NCBI GenBank assembly: GCA_964658305.1
Contig: OZ210884.1
Span: 992,001-1,056,000 of the forward strand
Length of the DNA: 64,000 nucleotides
Direction of reading: 5' to 3'
DNA from: Leptogorgia sarmentosa
Lineage: Eukaryota
A program made the translations under genes and the position numbers. Below the pieces are notes generated by a model. The model had not been told where the DNA came from. It was given only the letters and a program-made list of their open reading frames with translations, and ran no database searches. Shown in pieces: positions 25,701-34,741 of this stretch (position 1 is the first letter of the stretch; the number at the start of each line of letters is the position of its first letter).

Positions 25701-28700
25701 TATATGGCACTACGTGCATCAGAATTTCCATGATCACTCATGCATTCTCGACTTAATGAGGAAAATTCAAGTTACCTTCATTACCTGGCAACGAATCTTC
25801 ATCCATGCTACCTTCAGAACCTTGACCGTTTTTCTCAGGTCCCGACGCAACTTCAGGATCTGGATTTGTTTTACCACTTTTGTTACACTCATCCATTATT
25901 TTTTGCCCATCAACAGTCGCCTTTTTCGGTAAATCAGAAGTCTTCTGTACGGTTTCTTTGAATGTCTCTGTAACAACAATTTCTTGTATTACAGGTTGGT
26001 TTATTGCTCCAAGTTCATTCGCGACAACATGCTCGTTTTCCGTAGGTTCAGCATCAGATACAATATTTCCATTTCCACCTTCCGCCTGCGACGTTGCTTC
26101 TGTGACAGCTTCATTCTGGTCAGAAAATATCTGTTCGAGTTGAGGAAAAGCAGCAAGCTGCACGAATTCTTGAACAACGGTCTCCACATCTGACAGTTTT
26201 GTTTCTCGCACAACAACTAGTTCTTTTTCCTCTTCAATACCACTACCGGCATCAGTTCTACTGTTGAGTATTTGTTCAAAACTCGCCGACTTGGCTACAG
26301 TGATGAAAGAAAGATTTGTTACCAGAAAACAAATTCACATAAAATTCACACTCTGCATTAAAGGGTTATTAACCAAGCGTGAGATTTGTACTGCGAAATA
26401 TCAGACAGGAGGTTTTTTAGTATGGAAAAAGCGACGTCAGTAATCCGTTTATTATATATGGCTAAGCTGAATCAATGAGCATATGCCATACGCGGGGATG
26501 AAATCGACTATCAACAGTTTCATTGGGTAGCGGTATAGGGTAGACACACATGATACATGCTCAATTAAATACAATTTGGTTGTTTGAAATTTTTAGAGAA
26601 TTTTGAATAGCCATACATGTATAATAATAAAGAGTTATTGACTGAGCGTGACCTCGATCTGATATTTCACAATACTAAAAAACCTCTGTCTGATATTTCA
26701 CAGTACGGACCGAAAACGTGAGGTCAATAATGCATCTATTATAAGGCTGAATTGAGTCTGCGAGCATATGCTCTATGCGCGAATTAAATCGGCTATCAAC
26801 AGTTTCAGTGAGTAACAACAGTATACGGTAAATATACATGCTCAATCAAAAACAATTTGGTTGTTCGAAATTTTCATTGGTACATTTCAATTTGAAAAAT
26901 TAAAAAGCAAAAATTTTTGGTGTTTGTAAAGTCAACATTTCCCGCTATAGATAAACAACATTCTGCATGGACCACGCCGCGGATATGAGTTTTTACAGAC
27001 CGCTTGTCAAAAGGAGGTTATTGTACGAAGCTACAAAGAGTAGAATGGATAATGCGTACGTACAGTATGTCCACACATATAATTATATGAAATATGATGC
27101 AAATTATTCTGTCAACCAAGTTTGGTCGATACACTCAAACAGCCAAGGCTGGTACTGTACAGTGAATTGCGTTACTCTAGAAAGATCTGAATGTATGTGC
27201 GTTTCGACCGGTAAAGAATGTTTTTTTGTGGTTGATAACGTCATTGGTGCCTGTGTGAACCAAACTGAGTAAACATACACATTGGATCTTTCTTTTGAAT
27301 ACTACAATTCGTTTTTTTGCACTACACGTAGCTATATACTATCCTTTTAATTATTTTATTAACATTCAACATTCTCTTAGGTTCATTGTTATTGTTAATG
27401 CACATTGCATATGAGCGATTTATAAAGCCAGTGTAATTGAATGTTCGCATGCTTTTGCGTGTTTCATGATATAGTCACGCAGATAGTGGATCACGGTTTG
27501 ATTAAGGTGGCTCTTTTACGTTTTAGAAATGCAGCGAATTGTTGAATTGTATGTAAGAGATTCCTGTGGCTTCATTTGACATGATACAAAGACGACATTT
27601 ATAGGAAACATAGAACATACTCTCCTTAAAGATGTTTAGTTGGTATTTTTAGATAAAAAACTCGTTACCACGGCCAAAGCGTTTCTGTAATAATGTGTTA
27701 ATAACTCTTTAAAGAGGGTGATTTACTCGGAATATTCTTAGCCCTTACAACACAGTCTGGAGTCGTTTATCATTTCACACATACTGTTCTTTTTTAATTT
27801 TAATTATGGCACTACGTGCATGAGAATCTCGCTGACCGCCTACATTCGAATCACCTTCATTACCTGGCAACGAACCTTCATCCACGCTATCTTCAGAACC
27901 TTCACCGTTTCTCTCAGATCCAAACGTAACTGCATGCTCTGGATTTGTCTCACCACTTCCGTTACCCTCACCGATGTGTTCCTCACCATCAGTCGCCTTT
28001 TTTTGTAAATCAGAGGACTGTTGCAATGTCTCTGTAATGACCATTTCTTGCATTACAGGTTGTTTTATTGTCTCGAGTTCACCTGCGAGAACAACATGTT
28101 CTTGTTCTGTAGGTCCAGCATCAGATGCCATGTTTTCGTTTCGACTTTCTGCTTGCGACGTTGCTTCTGCGTCGGCTTTAATTTCCTTACTAGACGTCTG
28201 TTCGAGTTCAGGCAAAGCAGGAAGTTGTGTAGATTCCTGAACAACGGTCTCCACAACTGGCAGTTTTGTTTCTCTCACAACAACTTGTTCTTTTTCCTCT
28301 TCAATACTACTTTCGACACCAGTTCCCATGTTGGGCGAGCTGTTGGTTGTTTGTTCAAAATTTTCCGACTTGGACACTGGGATGGGAGAAAGACTGGGTA
28401 CTAAGAAACAAAATCACATACTTGAGAATTGTTAGGAAGACGAATGTAGAAGCCAACTCTGAATTGTACGAAGCTAATGCTTGCCTGAGGGTTTGAACCG
28501 CGAATATACGTAATTACACACATCAACACGTGAAAATATGACGTAAATTATTCCGCCAATCAGGTTTGGTTGTACTATATCACCCAAGGCTGGTATACAG
28601 CTTTTCTTAAGCCCGTTTTATACTCACGTATTTCGCCGCCGCTGGCGAAAAATTTCGCCACCGAAAAATTTAATTCCCTGTTCTTTCGCGCTGTCAGTGA

Positions 28701-31700
28701 AAGGTCTGACAAAAGTCGAACATTTTTAACAACTAGAGAGGCGGAAATGTCTTCAGCGGCAAATAAATGTAAAAACATGATTTCCTTGTCAATTTTTTCG
28801 CCGGCGAAATGATGGAGTGGAAAACGGGCGACCAGGCTTCAAGTTCGCAATTTTTGCGTGGCGAAATGATTAAGTTGGATTTTTGTTTTATGAAAACAAC
28901 TTCGAAAAAAAATTTAAATACATATATAATTTTTGCTAACTATATGTGAAGTTTCAGCACCAGTATGGATGTTTGCTACATTAATTGGATCCCCATTTCA
29001 CGGAACGAATCAGTTCTTTCAGTCTTTGTAGACGAAATACGGCATTGCTCAACTACGTTGACACAAAATCATAAATGGTCTATAACGTAGCTTTTAATAT
29101 AAAGTATATAATCTAAATATAATCTAAAGTATAATTACCTTCCTTCTTAGGTTCAGTAGCAACCATTTCTTGCACACTTTTCCCACACTCATGGCAGAAC
29201 TTATGTGAATTTGTATCAATCTCAGTGTTGCAGTTGGTACAATACCGTACTGCGTTTGCTACTAAAAGAAATAAATACACAATTTTAAGAGTTTATCAAA
29301 TTACGTAAGATTAACAGTAACAAAGGGTTGATCTCAGCTGATTTTCCATCAAAAATCCGTACTCTCTCAATTAAAAAAGATTGGAAATTTCTATCTTTCA
29401 ACAGTAAGTAATAAGTCAGTCTGATAAATTGAATTTAGATTGAGAAATACTCTTCCAGTGTGCTATTCGATTGAAACATGTAACTCGATATTTTATTTCA
29501 AATTTGTAAAGATTTACAGTATAATTCCAAGCAAATAAGACTACTTCAACCACCAGCATGCTTTTTCAGTATTTGTAGTCGTTTTCTATTACGATTCTCG
29601 AGGAGCATGCTGGTATAGTAGTAGTCATCCTGCGCAACGAAACATGGTCATTATGCCTAAGGTCAATACTGCGTATTGCTCAAACTTAACGTGCGCGACC
29701 GTAGCAGGCAAAGAGGAAGCTTCTTCGGATAGAAAATGATTGATTTGATTGATGTTTCTTTTAATCGCGTGTAGGATTGATTTTCAATAGAAAACATTTC
29801 GCCCGTAATGCTAAAAGGATAGAAAATTCAATCCAATTCCGATAGATTGAATTTTCCATCGTTCAAATTGAAAGAGCACCCTGTAACATAAACAAGCAAA
29901 CAGTTTAGTGTTTCTAGGAAATAAGAAAAAATACAAAACGAGCAACAAAATACATTATTGACACAGTAATTCCCACCTTGCTTTTGATGCAAATAAGAAA
30001 CAATTTCTTTCATGGATTTACCACATTCGAAACAAAATTTGTGCTTATTAGGATCGAGTTTACTCTCACAGTCTGGACATGATATGGATGCATTGTCACC
30101 TAAACAAGCAGAAGCAAACCAAAATTAACTATTACAATTTTTTACAAATGACATCAAAAGGCATGGCAATCAGATCTAGCAGTGCATGCAGGTAATGTTT
30201 GGAAGTAAGTGAAAAAGACTGCGCGCGCGTGATTGCATGGCTGACAGCCATGTTGATGAGAGATTATGTAAACACAGCTATTTCCCGCTGCTTCTCACTG
30301 TTCCGTTATTCCATTTTCGTCATCGTGTTATTTTATAAAAATAATAGAAAACATTTTCCTATGTTTACATTGAGTTATGTAAACACTCGTGCAAGTTTGG
30401 GAGAACTCGAAATGTGTGGAAACACTCGTCTTTCGTGCTCGTGTCTCCACATATTTCTCGTTCTCCCAAACTTGCACTCGTGTTTATACATAACTCGATG
30501 TAAACATGGATATTTTCTCAAATGTGTAGCGGTGTACTGCATCCAGGGACCTGAGAAAAATCTTGAAATTTTGAATTAATTCATTAATGGAAAAATTTGG
30601 CGAAATATTGAACAAAGTCAAAGGATGAATTTTCTTGCAATGAACAGGAGTGTTTTTTAAATTTTTCTTATCGCTGAGGGTAATATTTTGCCCAATTTAT
30701 AAATATTAAAAAATAAAACAAAAATATTAAAATTATTTTAAAAAGACAAGCTCAGTATCGGCAGAAGAACGTTTTAATCATCCACCGCGTATTTTTGTCT
30801 TCAAAATGCATTTAAAACGAGAGACTTTTGCGAAAATTCGTCATATTTTTAAACTATGCGGGATGCATGTTGACTGCTGTAGCTACTTCACATATTTGAG
30901 CTCTGTGATTGGGTGCTAAAACAAGGAAATTTGGCCAGCCAATCACAGAGCTTAAATTTCTTCATCCAGCTAATCACAGAGCTCAAGTTTGTGCAATATA
31001 GAAAATTTTAGGCCTGGATGTATAGAAATTCTATAGGAACCTAAGAAACTAATAATAATAAATCTATATAGCAACCTATATTATGCATTATTATTTATTT
31101 GAAATAATTCAAGAGTTTTGATTGGTTAAGAGCAGTGCCTCAATCCTCATATACGACATTATGACGTAATTATGTCGTATATTGAAAATTATGCGACATT
31201 ATGACGTCGACAAATTTATTCTGCATATGCCAAAAACGGGAAAATTGTGGGAAATACAAATGGCTTCCTCAAAGGAAAGGTTCTTCCAAACGTTTATATT
31301 GAGTTGAAATAAATTTGTTTGATTTAATTTTTGTTTAGCTATGTTGAATTGCTCTGACTGCGACCTTGAAATGTACAACAGCTATAAGAACATTTTCTCA
31401 TTGTAGTCTGATTGGCTTATTCAGTCTTGCAAACACTTTATTATTGTTCTATTTCCAGTACCTTGCAATTGCGTGTTTTTGCAAGCGCTATATACAAATA
31501 AATAATAAAACAATTATTGAATTCGGTCATCGTAGGATATGGGGAATTATTCAGGCCTCAGTTTGTGTTATCTGCCTCAGACTTCAGCTTCGGCAGATAA
31601 CACAAACCTCGGCCTGAATAATTCCTCATATCCTACTCGGCCTCATTCAATAATACTACAACCAGGGACAATGCCTGTTGGATAATTTAGCCATGCTGCA

Positions 31701-33214
31701 AAATATGCACATGACAAAGCACTATCAATATTCAAAACTTTTGAAATTGATTTTTTAGCCAAATTGTAGTGCTGGCCAATTAGACCACTTATTGTATGAG
31801 CTATTGTATGCCCTGACTGGAGGTGGGAACTGATATATTGTGTTCTGCACTACTAACATGAAATTTATTGTTTTTATCAGGTCTGAGTCACTGGTTCAGG
31901 TACAGTAAGCTGTACCACTAGTCCTTGATGAGTAAACACTGACTATGGGCGCTTGCATTTGCACAGTCAGACCGGTCTGATCACAAAATATTACAAAATT
32001 CTGGCCTGACTTGGTTTTAAGTCTTATATCAAAATTATCTTTGTTAGGTCTGATCGAGCCTGCCAGGTTTGAATGGTCTGCTTCCATTTAACCGCCTTTC
32101 TTGCTTTTAAAATTTTGGTCAGACCAGTCTGGCCGTGTGTAAATGGAAAGCACCCTATGCTCCGGGTCCAGCCTCGATGAAGTGGTTTACACTGATTAGT
32201 ATTAGTTGTTAAGGTGGTGCAATGGTTGTGCAACACATGTGGTGCAGTGGTCATAGCGTTTGGCTTTCACCTCCAAGGTTGCGGGTTCGATTCTCAGGGA
32301 GAACTTTTACTTGAATGGCGTGCTCTACTCATGACGTGAAAGTTGTTGAAAAGTTTGCTGAAAGTTGTGGGTTAAGGTACCTGTTTCCTCCCAGGAGGTT
32401 TACATGGTGGATTAGTATAAACACAGATAGGGAAGTAAAATCTCAACTTGTGTAAAAACAGCTACTGACTAACCAGTAGTTTAGGTTATAAAATACTTGA
32501 TGTAATAAGCCCCTGAAAAGCCTGATTAGCCAAAAAGCTGGATAAACCTGATCCTAGAATATTGGCAACAACATATGACAAAATATTATCTGTGGGCATT
32601 AAATTTTCTTTATTATAGTTAAAAGGCGAAGCACAAGTTGGAATTAACATGCCAAGATCCTGGTTGTAGCCAACATTGTGGTCGCAAACATTTCACCAAA
32701 TTTCATAAGTAAACATTTATTTCATACTGCAATATGATGAAATGGATTGCCATTCTTAACGACGTTGATCAACAATTGAAAGGTAGGTTTTATTGCATTT
32801 TAACTTGAAATACAACATTAAGCACTTCCTAAAGCAATTCTAGCGTGAAAATCGAGGACATAGCTATCCCGGGACACTAAAATTCAAGTATTATCATGAG
32901 CATCGTGCCTGAAGAGCGGACCTGACAATCTGAATCTAAAACGAAAGTGCGTCATCTCTGCCGATATTTGCGCTTTATATTGTATCACTGACAGTACTTT
33001 TCGACTATTAATTGTTTTGTGAATTAAAATACGTACCGCTCAAAGCTCTTTCATTGCTCTCCATCGGTTTTTCGGGGCATTCAGGTGTAGAAGTCGGCGC
33101 AGTTGTTGACGTTGACGGCTTGTCACACGTTTCTTGCTCATCGCTTGATTCAGAAGCGATATTTCCCCCTTGCTGCCCGGTATTTACGGGGATTTTTTCC
33201 CTATCGCCTTCCAT
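343..33214 (-). CDS. RNF213: RNF213/mysterin-like E3 ubiquitin ligase/AAA+ ATPase, 5' part (~1,370 codons; continues beyond the left edge)
   Basis: Hand-spliced exons (minus strand): 33037-33214, 29977-30099, 29139-29261, 27864-28400, 25785-26294, 25190-25644, 23846-23974, 22144-22238, 21714-21875, 15797-15993, 10446-10726, 9645-9895, 9084-9308, 8223-8424, 2534-2589, 1660-2032, 1138-1233, 343-459. All junctions are phase-compatible (4110 nt, open) with GT/GC-AG sites. The peptides TVVFHAMLS..VIRG..GW, YKYV..E..NRCL, HKYDG, W..SLPLFHFL, ELQAWNELLSL and AFEAV resemble the RNF213 N-terminal CBM20-like/stalk region. The AAA+ and RING parts are not in the window, so the family call rests on recognition. 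The donors of the two acidic exons could be 9 nt further on. Confidence 0.75.
515..930. mobile_element. Intronic foldback/MITE-like inverted-repeat element
   Basis: gagtcgctgtcaatcaaacagagaactaattagccctatg (~599-638) is the reverse complement of catggggctaattagttctcgatttgagtaacagcgactc (~836-875). Weaker complementarity extends outward. Confidence 0.6.
3190..6250 (+). mobile_element. Degenerate DIRS-type (tyrosine recombinase) retrotransposon in an RNF213-like intron
   Basis: Domains in DIRS order: gag-like (PLAQLWQ..AVALVGNAS, 3424-3741); RT (SNLFLVPKRDG, KIDLKDAY, CLPFGLSEAPRHFTK, YLVD in place of YLDD); RNase H (ETDTS.., HIDCLEL, RMDNMSA); methyltransferase-like YAFPPF; start and end of the recombinase. 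Many frameshifts and stops. Boundaries are approximate. Confidence 0.9.
4748..5151 (+). mobile_element. Non-autonomous interspersed repeat inserted into the DIRS RT/RNase H region
   Basis: Removing it restores CAA TTA ATA GGG AAA TTG ACA GCA (..QLIGKLTASIQA..). ATTA is present at both junctions. A related copy lies at ~47090-47450 (shared tgtcaactt.gggttttagattcg.cacttcgagcggcact). Confidence 0.8.
6431..7630. mobile_element. Large foldback element with ~280-bp imperfect terminal inverted repeats and an inner inverted pair
   Basis: 6431-6712 is the reverse complement of ~7353-7630, and ~7011-7080 pairs with ~7271-7340. No coding capacity. The inner segment recurs at ~20800-20940. Confidence 0.8.
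11420..11790 (-). mobile_element. Gypsy-type LTR retrotransposon integrase C-terminal remnant
   Basis: Frameshifted YRTA..TPA..RKLRTKLDLQHP, LKIGDPVIIKD..W.RGVV and TYRVHVGDLLWRRHIDQ match the integrase C-terminal SH3-like region of Gypsy (K02A2.6-like) elements. Confidence 0.7.
13725..14007 (-). mobile_element. PIF/Harbinger-like transposase N-terminal remnant
   Basis: MPTLRVVRDCLLL..EEFLHLYDIN..KNPDIPY..LNDSECEAEFRF.K.DI..L..IL.IP..C.N...G..ALCI, with in-frame stops. Recognised as the N-terminus of a common invertebrate DDE transposase family. Confidence 0.6.
14394..14600. repeat. Minisatellite, two ~100-bp units with internal cggctggtagc subrepeats
   Basis: gtatactacagtatactacac.aatctgcggct..tagcc...ttgaaca.taatagatataa.ttcggctggtagc occurs twice in tandem. 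Confidence 0.8.
16719..16789. repeat. (TA)n microsatellite
   Basis: About 70 bp of perfect AT dinucleotide, next to Penelope-like ends (gagcactcta). Confidence 0.95.
16855..16893 (-). ncRNA. Minimal type I hammerhead ribozyme (Penelope-associated)
   Basis: Minus strand reads cacac-CUGAAGA-gcuu(uugu)aagc-GAAA-acguu-u-gugug: both core boxes, a 5-bp stem I, a 4-bp stem II and a palindromic mini stem III. It lies in the loop of a perfect 30-bp inverted repeat (16789-16818/16896-16925). Confidence 0.65.
16980..17385 (+). mobile_element. Penelope-like retroelement 3' end (GIY-YIG C-terminus plus hammerhead-bearing tail)
   Basis: Translates KRCSLCTHEKFIII.HP...LNSRSELLSKCRHRNKFLL, followed by a hammerhead, AATAAA and a gagcactcta terminus abutting TA repeats. 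Confidence 0.8.
17248..17305 (+). ncRNA. Type I hammerhead ribozyme
   Basis: auucac-CUGAUGA-guauggcaagc(auu)gcuugucauac-GAAA-caaauuu-GUA-gugaau: perfect core, 6-bp stem I, 11-bp stem II (one G-U), self-complementary stem III region (acaaauuugu) and a GUA cleavage triplet. Confidence 0.85.
17735..18320. mobile_element. Second Penelope-like fragment with inverted 5' part
   Basis: Minus 17735-18020 encodes the RT C-terminus (LKITIEA..K.VDFLDVTLNL...INRRLS...YQEALSKSGY). Plus 18052-18320 encodes the GIY-YIG C-terminus (TELSKHIWNLK...W.IL...RCNLCLWKK.FII..NELVSTCRH). Confidence 0.8.
19593..20563. mobile_element. Non-autonomous hAT element (poly-G/C-rich MITE)
   Basis: TIRs caagggcgtca / tgacgcccttg and an exact 8-bp TSD tatttaag (19585-19592, 20564-20571). 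Confidence 0.9.
21091..21566. mobile_element. MITE with taccttattc / gaataaggta termini and cgcgaaa subterminal repeats
   Basis: Terminal inverted 10-mer and multiple tcgcgaaa repeats near both ends. Confidence 0.55.
22647..22884. mobile_element. PIF/Harbinger-type MITE
   Basis: TIR gggccggttgttcgtagcc / ggctacgaacaaccggccc flanked by CAG on both sides (3-bp TSD). Relatives lie at ~39680-39812, ~49727-49848 and ~51520-51760. Confidence 0.8.
25600..28420 (-). repeat. Tandem duplication (~700-bp homologous units) of an acidic coding exon plus the downstream intron
   Basis: ~25600-26340 aligns with ~27700-28420 (VRETKL..VETVVQE..QL.A.P.LEQ...EATSQAE...QPV.QE.V.TET...GEGSE.S.DE.SLPGNEG). Confidence 0.9.
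28611..28828. mobile_element. MITE (gcccgtttt.cactc / gagtggaaaacgggc termini), second copy at ~52262-52502
   Basis: Terminal inverted repeats, and two copies ~24 kb apart with high similarity. Confidence 0.75.
32233..32420 (+). mobile_element. tRNA-derived SINE
   Basis: A-box-like tggtgcagtgg and B-box ggttcgattc at Pol III spacing, followed by a non-tRNA body. No complete cloverleaf. Confidence 0.6.
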
Positions 33215-33289
33215 TCGACCAAAACTTTAAAAAATTTGGCCTACATTCGAACGAATTTTGTTACAATGTCTCGCATATAATATGTAAAC

Positions 33290-33700
33290 GTTCTCACCGA
33301 ATGAAAACAAACCGAAAGTAAATCGCTTCGTTACATGGAAATGAAGGGTTTTCCCGGAAACCTAGACCGGAAGTGATCTTGCGCAACCAATCGAACAGCT
33401 TCCGGGCGGAAAAAAAGGAATAAAAGAAATAAATGCTTGATTTTTCACTTTTCGGACTGAAAAAACGAAAAGCAGGGACGTTCTGCGGCTGTGGATCGTG
33501 GTTCTGCTCACAACCCTAACGACAGTTTTCAGCAAAGTACTCAAAATATTTTTACTCGAGTATAAAAAGCGAAAAGTAACACCTTAATTCTTACTCATAT
33601 TAGTCATGTAAAAGCGAACAAATTGCCCGAACATTTTACGGAAGTGAAAGTAAAAATTTATATTGCGTAAAAATTTTCCGAGTGAAAGTAAAAGTATCGT
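33290..33700 (-). promoter_or_regulatory. Putative promoter of the RNF213-like gene with GAS, IRF-E/ISRE, ETS and CCAAT motifs
   Basis: TTCCCGGAA (33351-33359), CCGGAAGTG (33367-33375), CCAAT (33387-33391), GAAAAGTGAAA (minus, 33443-33453), AAAAGCGAAA (33565-33574), GGAAGTGAAAGT (33640-33651), all within ~440 bp of the predicted ATG. Confidence 0.5.
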
Positions 33701-33970
33701 ATTTTACTTGGGTAAAACCGTAAAAGAAAAGTATTAGACTACATGAAGTATTGGTGAAATTGGAATGGAATTCAATGAGAAAATATTACAACAGAAACCA
33801 ATGTTTTGTTTTGCTTTTGTTTTTTATTCAAGTTTGACAAATAACATTAGAACGAACAGTGCTGTAGCTTTCCTTGATTTTGCTCCTACTGTTAATCCAG
33901 CCCTGTTAAAAAATGAGACAGTCTTGCACTTTGAAAATGTAACAAACTTTGCCCAGAAATGAACAATATA

Positions 33971-34130
33971 CAATTATTGGACGAGGCTGAGCAAAATATC
34001 GTGATTTATCAGTGGCGAGCAGATCAATTATTTGCCAATGCCGAAGGCAGAGGCAAATAATTGATCTGCTCGCCACTGATAAATCACGATATTTTGCGAT
34101 AGCCGAGCTCAATACCTGTTTTATTATTCA
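33971..34130. repeat. Hairpin-bearing interspersed repeat (perfect 46-bp inverted repeat)
   Basis: 33991-34036 is the exact reverse complement of 34052-34097, with loop aatgccgaaggcaga. Similar architectures occur at ~31500-31655 and ~53080-53200. Confidence 0.85.
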
Positions 34131-34741
34131 GTTTATTATTTACGATCTTTGTCCCTCGCTTCGGCGTAAAATTTCCCGACTACGGCAAAGTTTACTTTTG
34201 GACGCCAATAGGCCGTTTAGCTCCAAATTTCGTTCCTTTGAATTATAAATACTCTTGAAAAAAAGCAGACTAAAGCAGATTTGAATGCTTCCTTGGTGTT
34301 TTCGGGGTCTTTTTCGTGTGGAAGAGAGGAGAATTCATTCCCAAAATATTCTGCAAAACGAGCCATGTTTATCTAATCCAGTAATCGGACGCAAATTATG
34401 AAGTCAACTGCGCATGAGCAAACCATTATTTGCAGCTGAGCGACTTTTGAACTAAATGCGCATGCTCAGTAAACTGTTTCCACCAATTATTTGCAGTTGA
34501 AGTGATATTTGCAGGCAGTTATTTGCAGCTAAATTAACCAATCAAAATTGAGTAAATAATAAACTGAATAATAATATACAGTAAAGGCCCCGTTACACGA
34601 TGCAATTTTTCTTGCAACTTGCAATGCAATTCTACTCTAAAGAGATGTAAATTAGTGAAGATTGTTCTATTTGTAAAGAATTCATTAGGAAAATCTAATG
34701 AAGACCCGCACCCTAAATCTCGTTGCTAAAATCTACTAAAA

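Noticed and set aside
25221..25733. 170-aa plus-strand Phe/Ser/Pro-rich ORF and other overlapping ORFs at 25.2-28.5 kb
   Set aside because: Antisense or alternate-frame shadows of the Glu/Lys-rich RNF213-like exons.
32905..32955. CUGAAGA...GAAA possible hammerhead
   Set aside because: The intervening sequence forms no stem II, and there is no stem I pairing.
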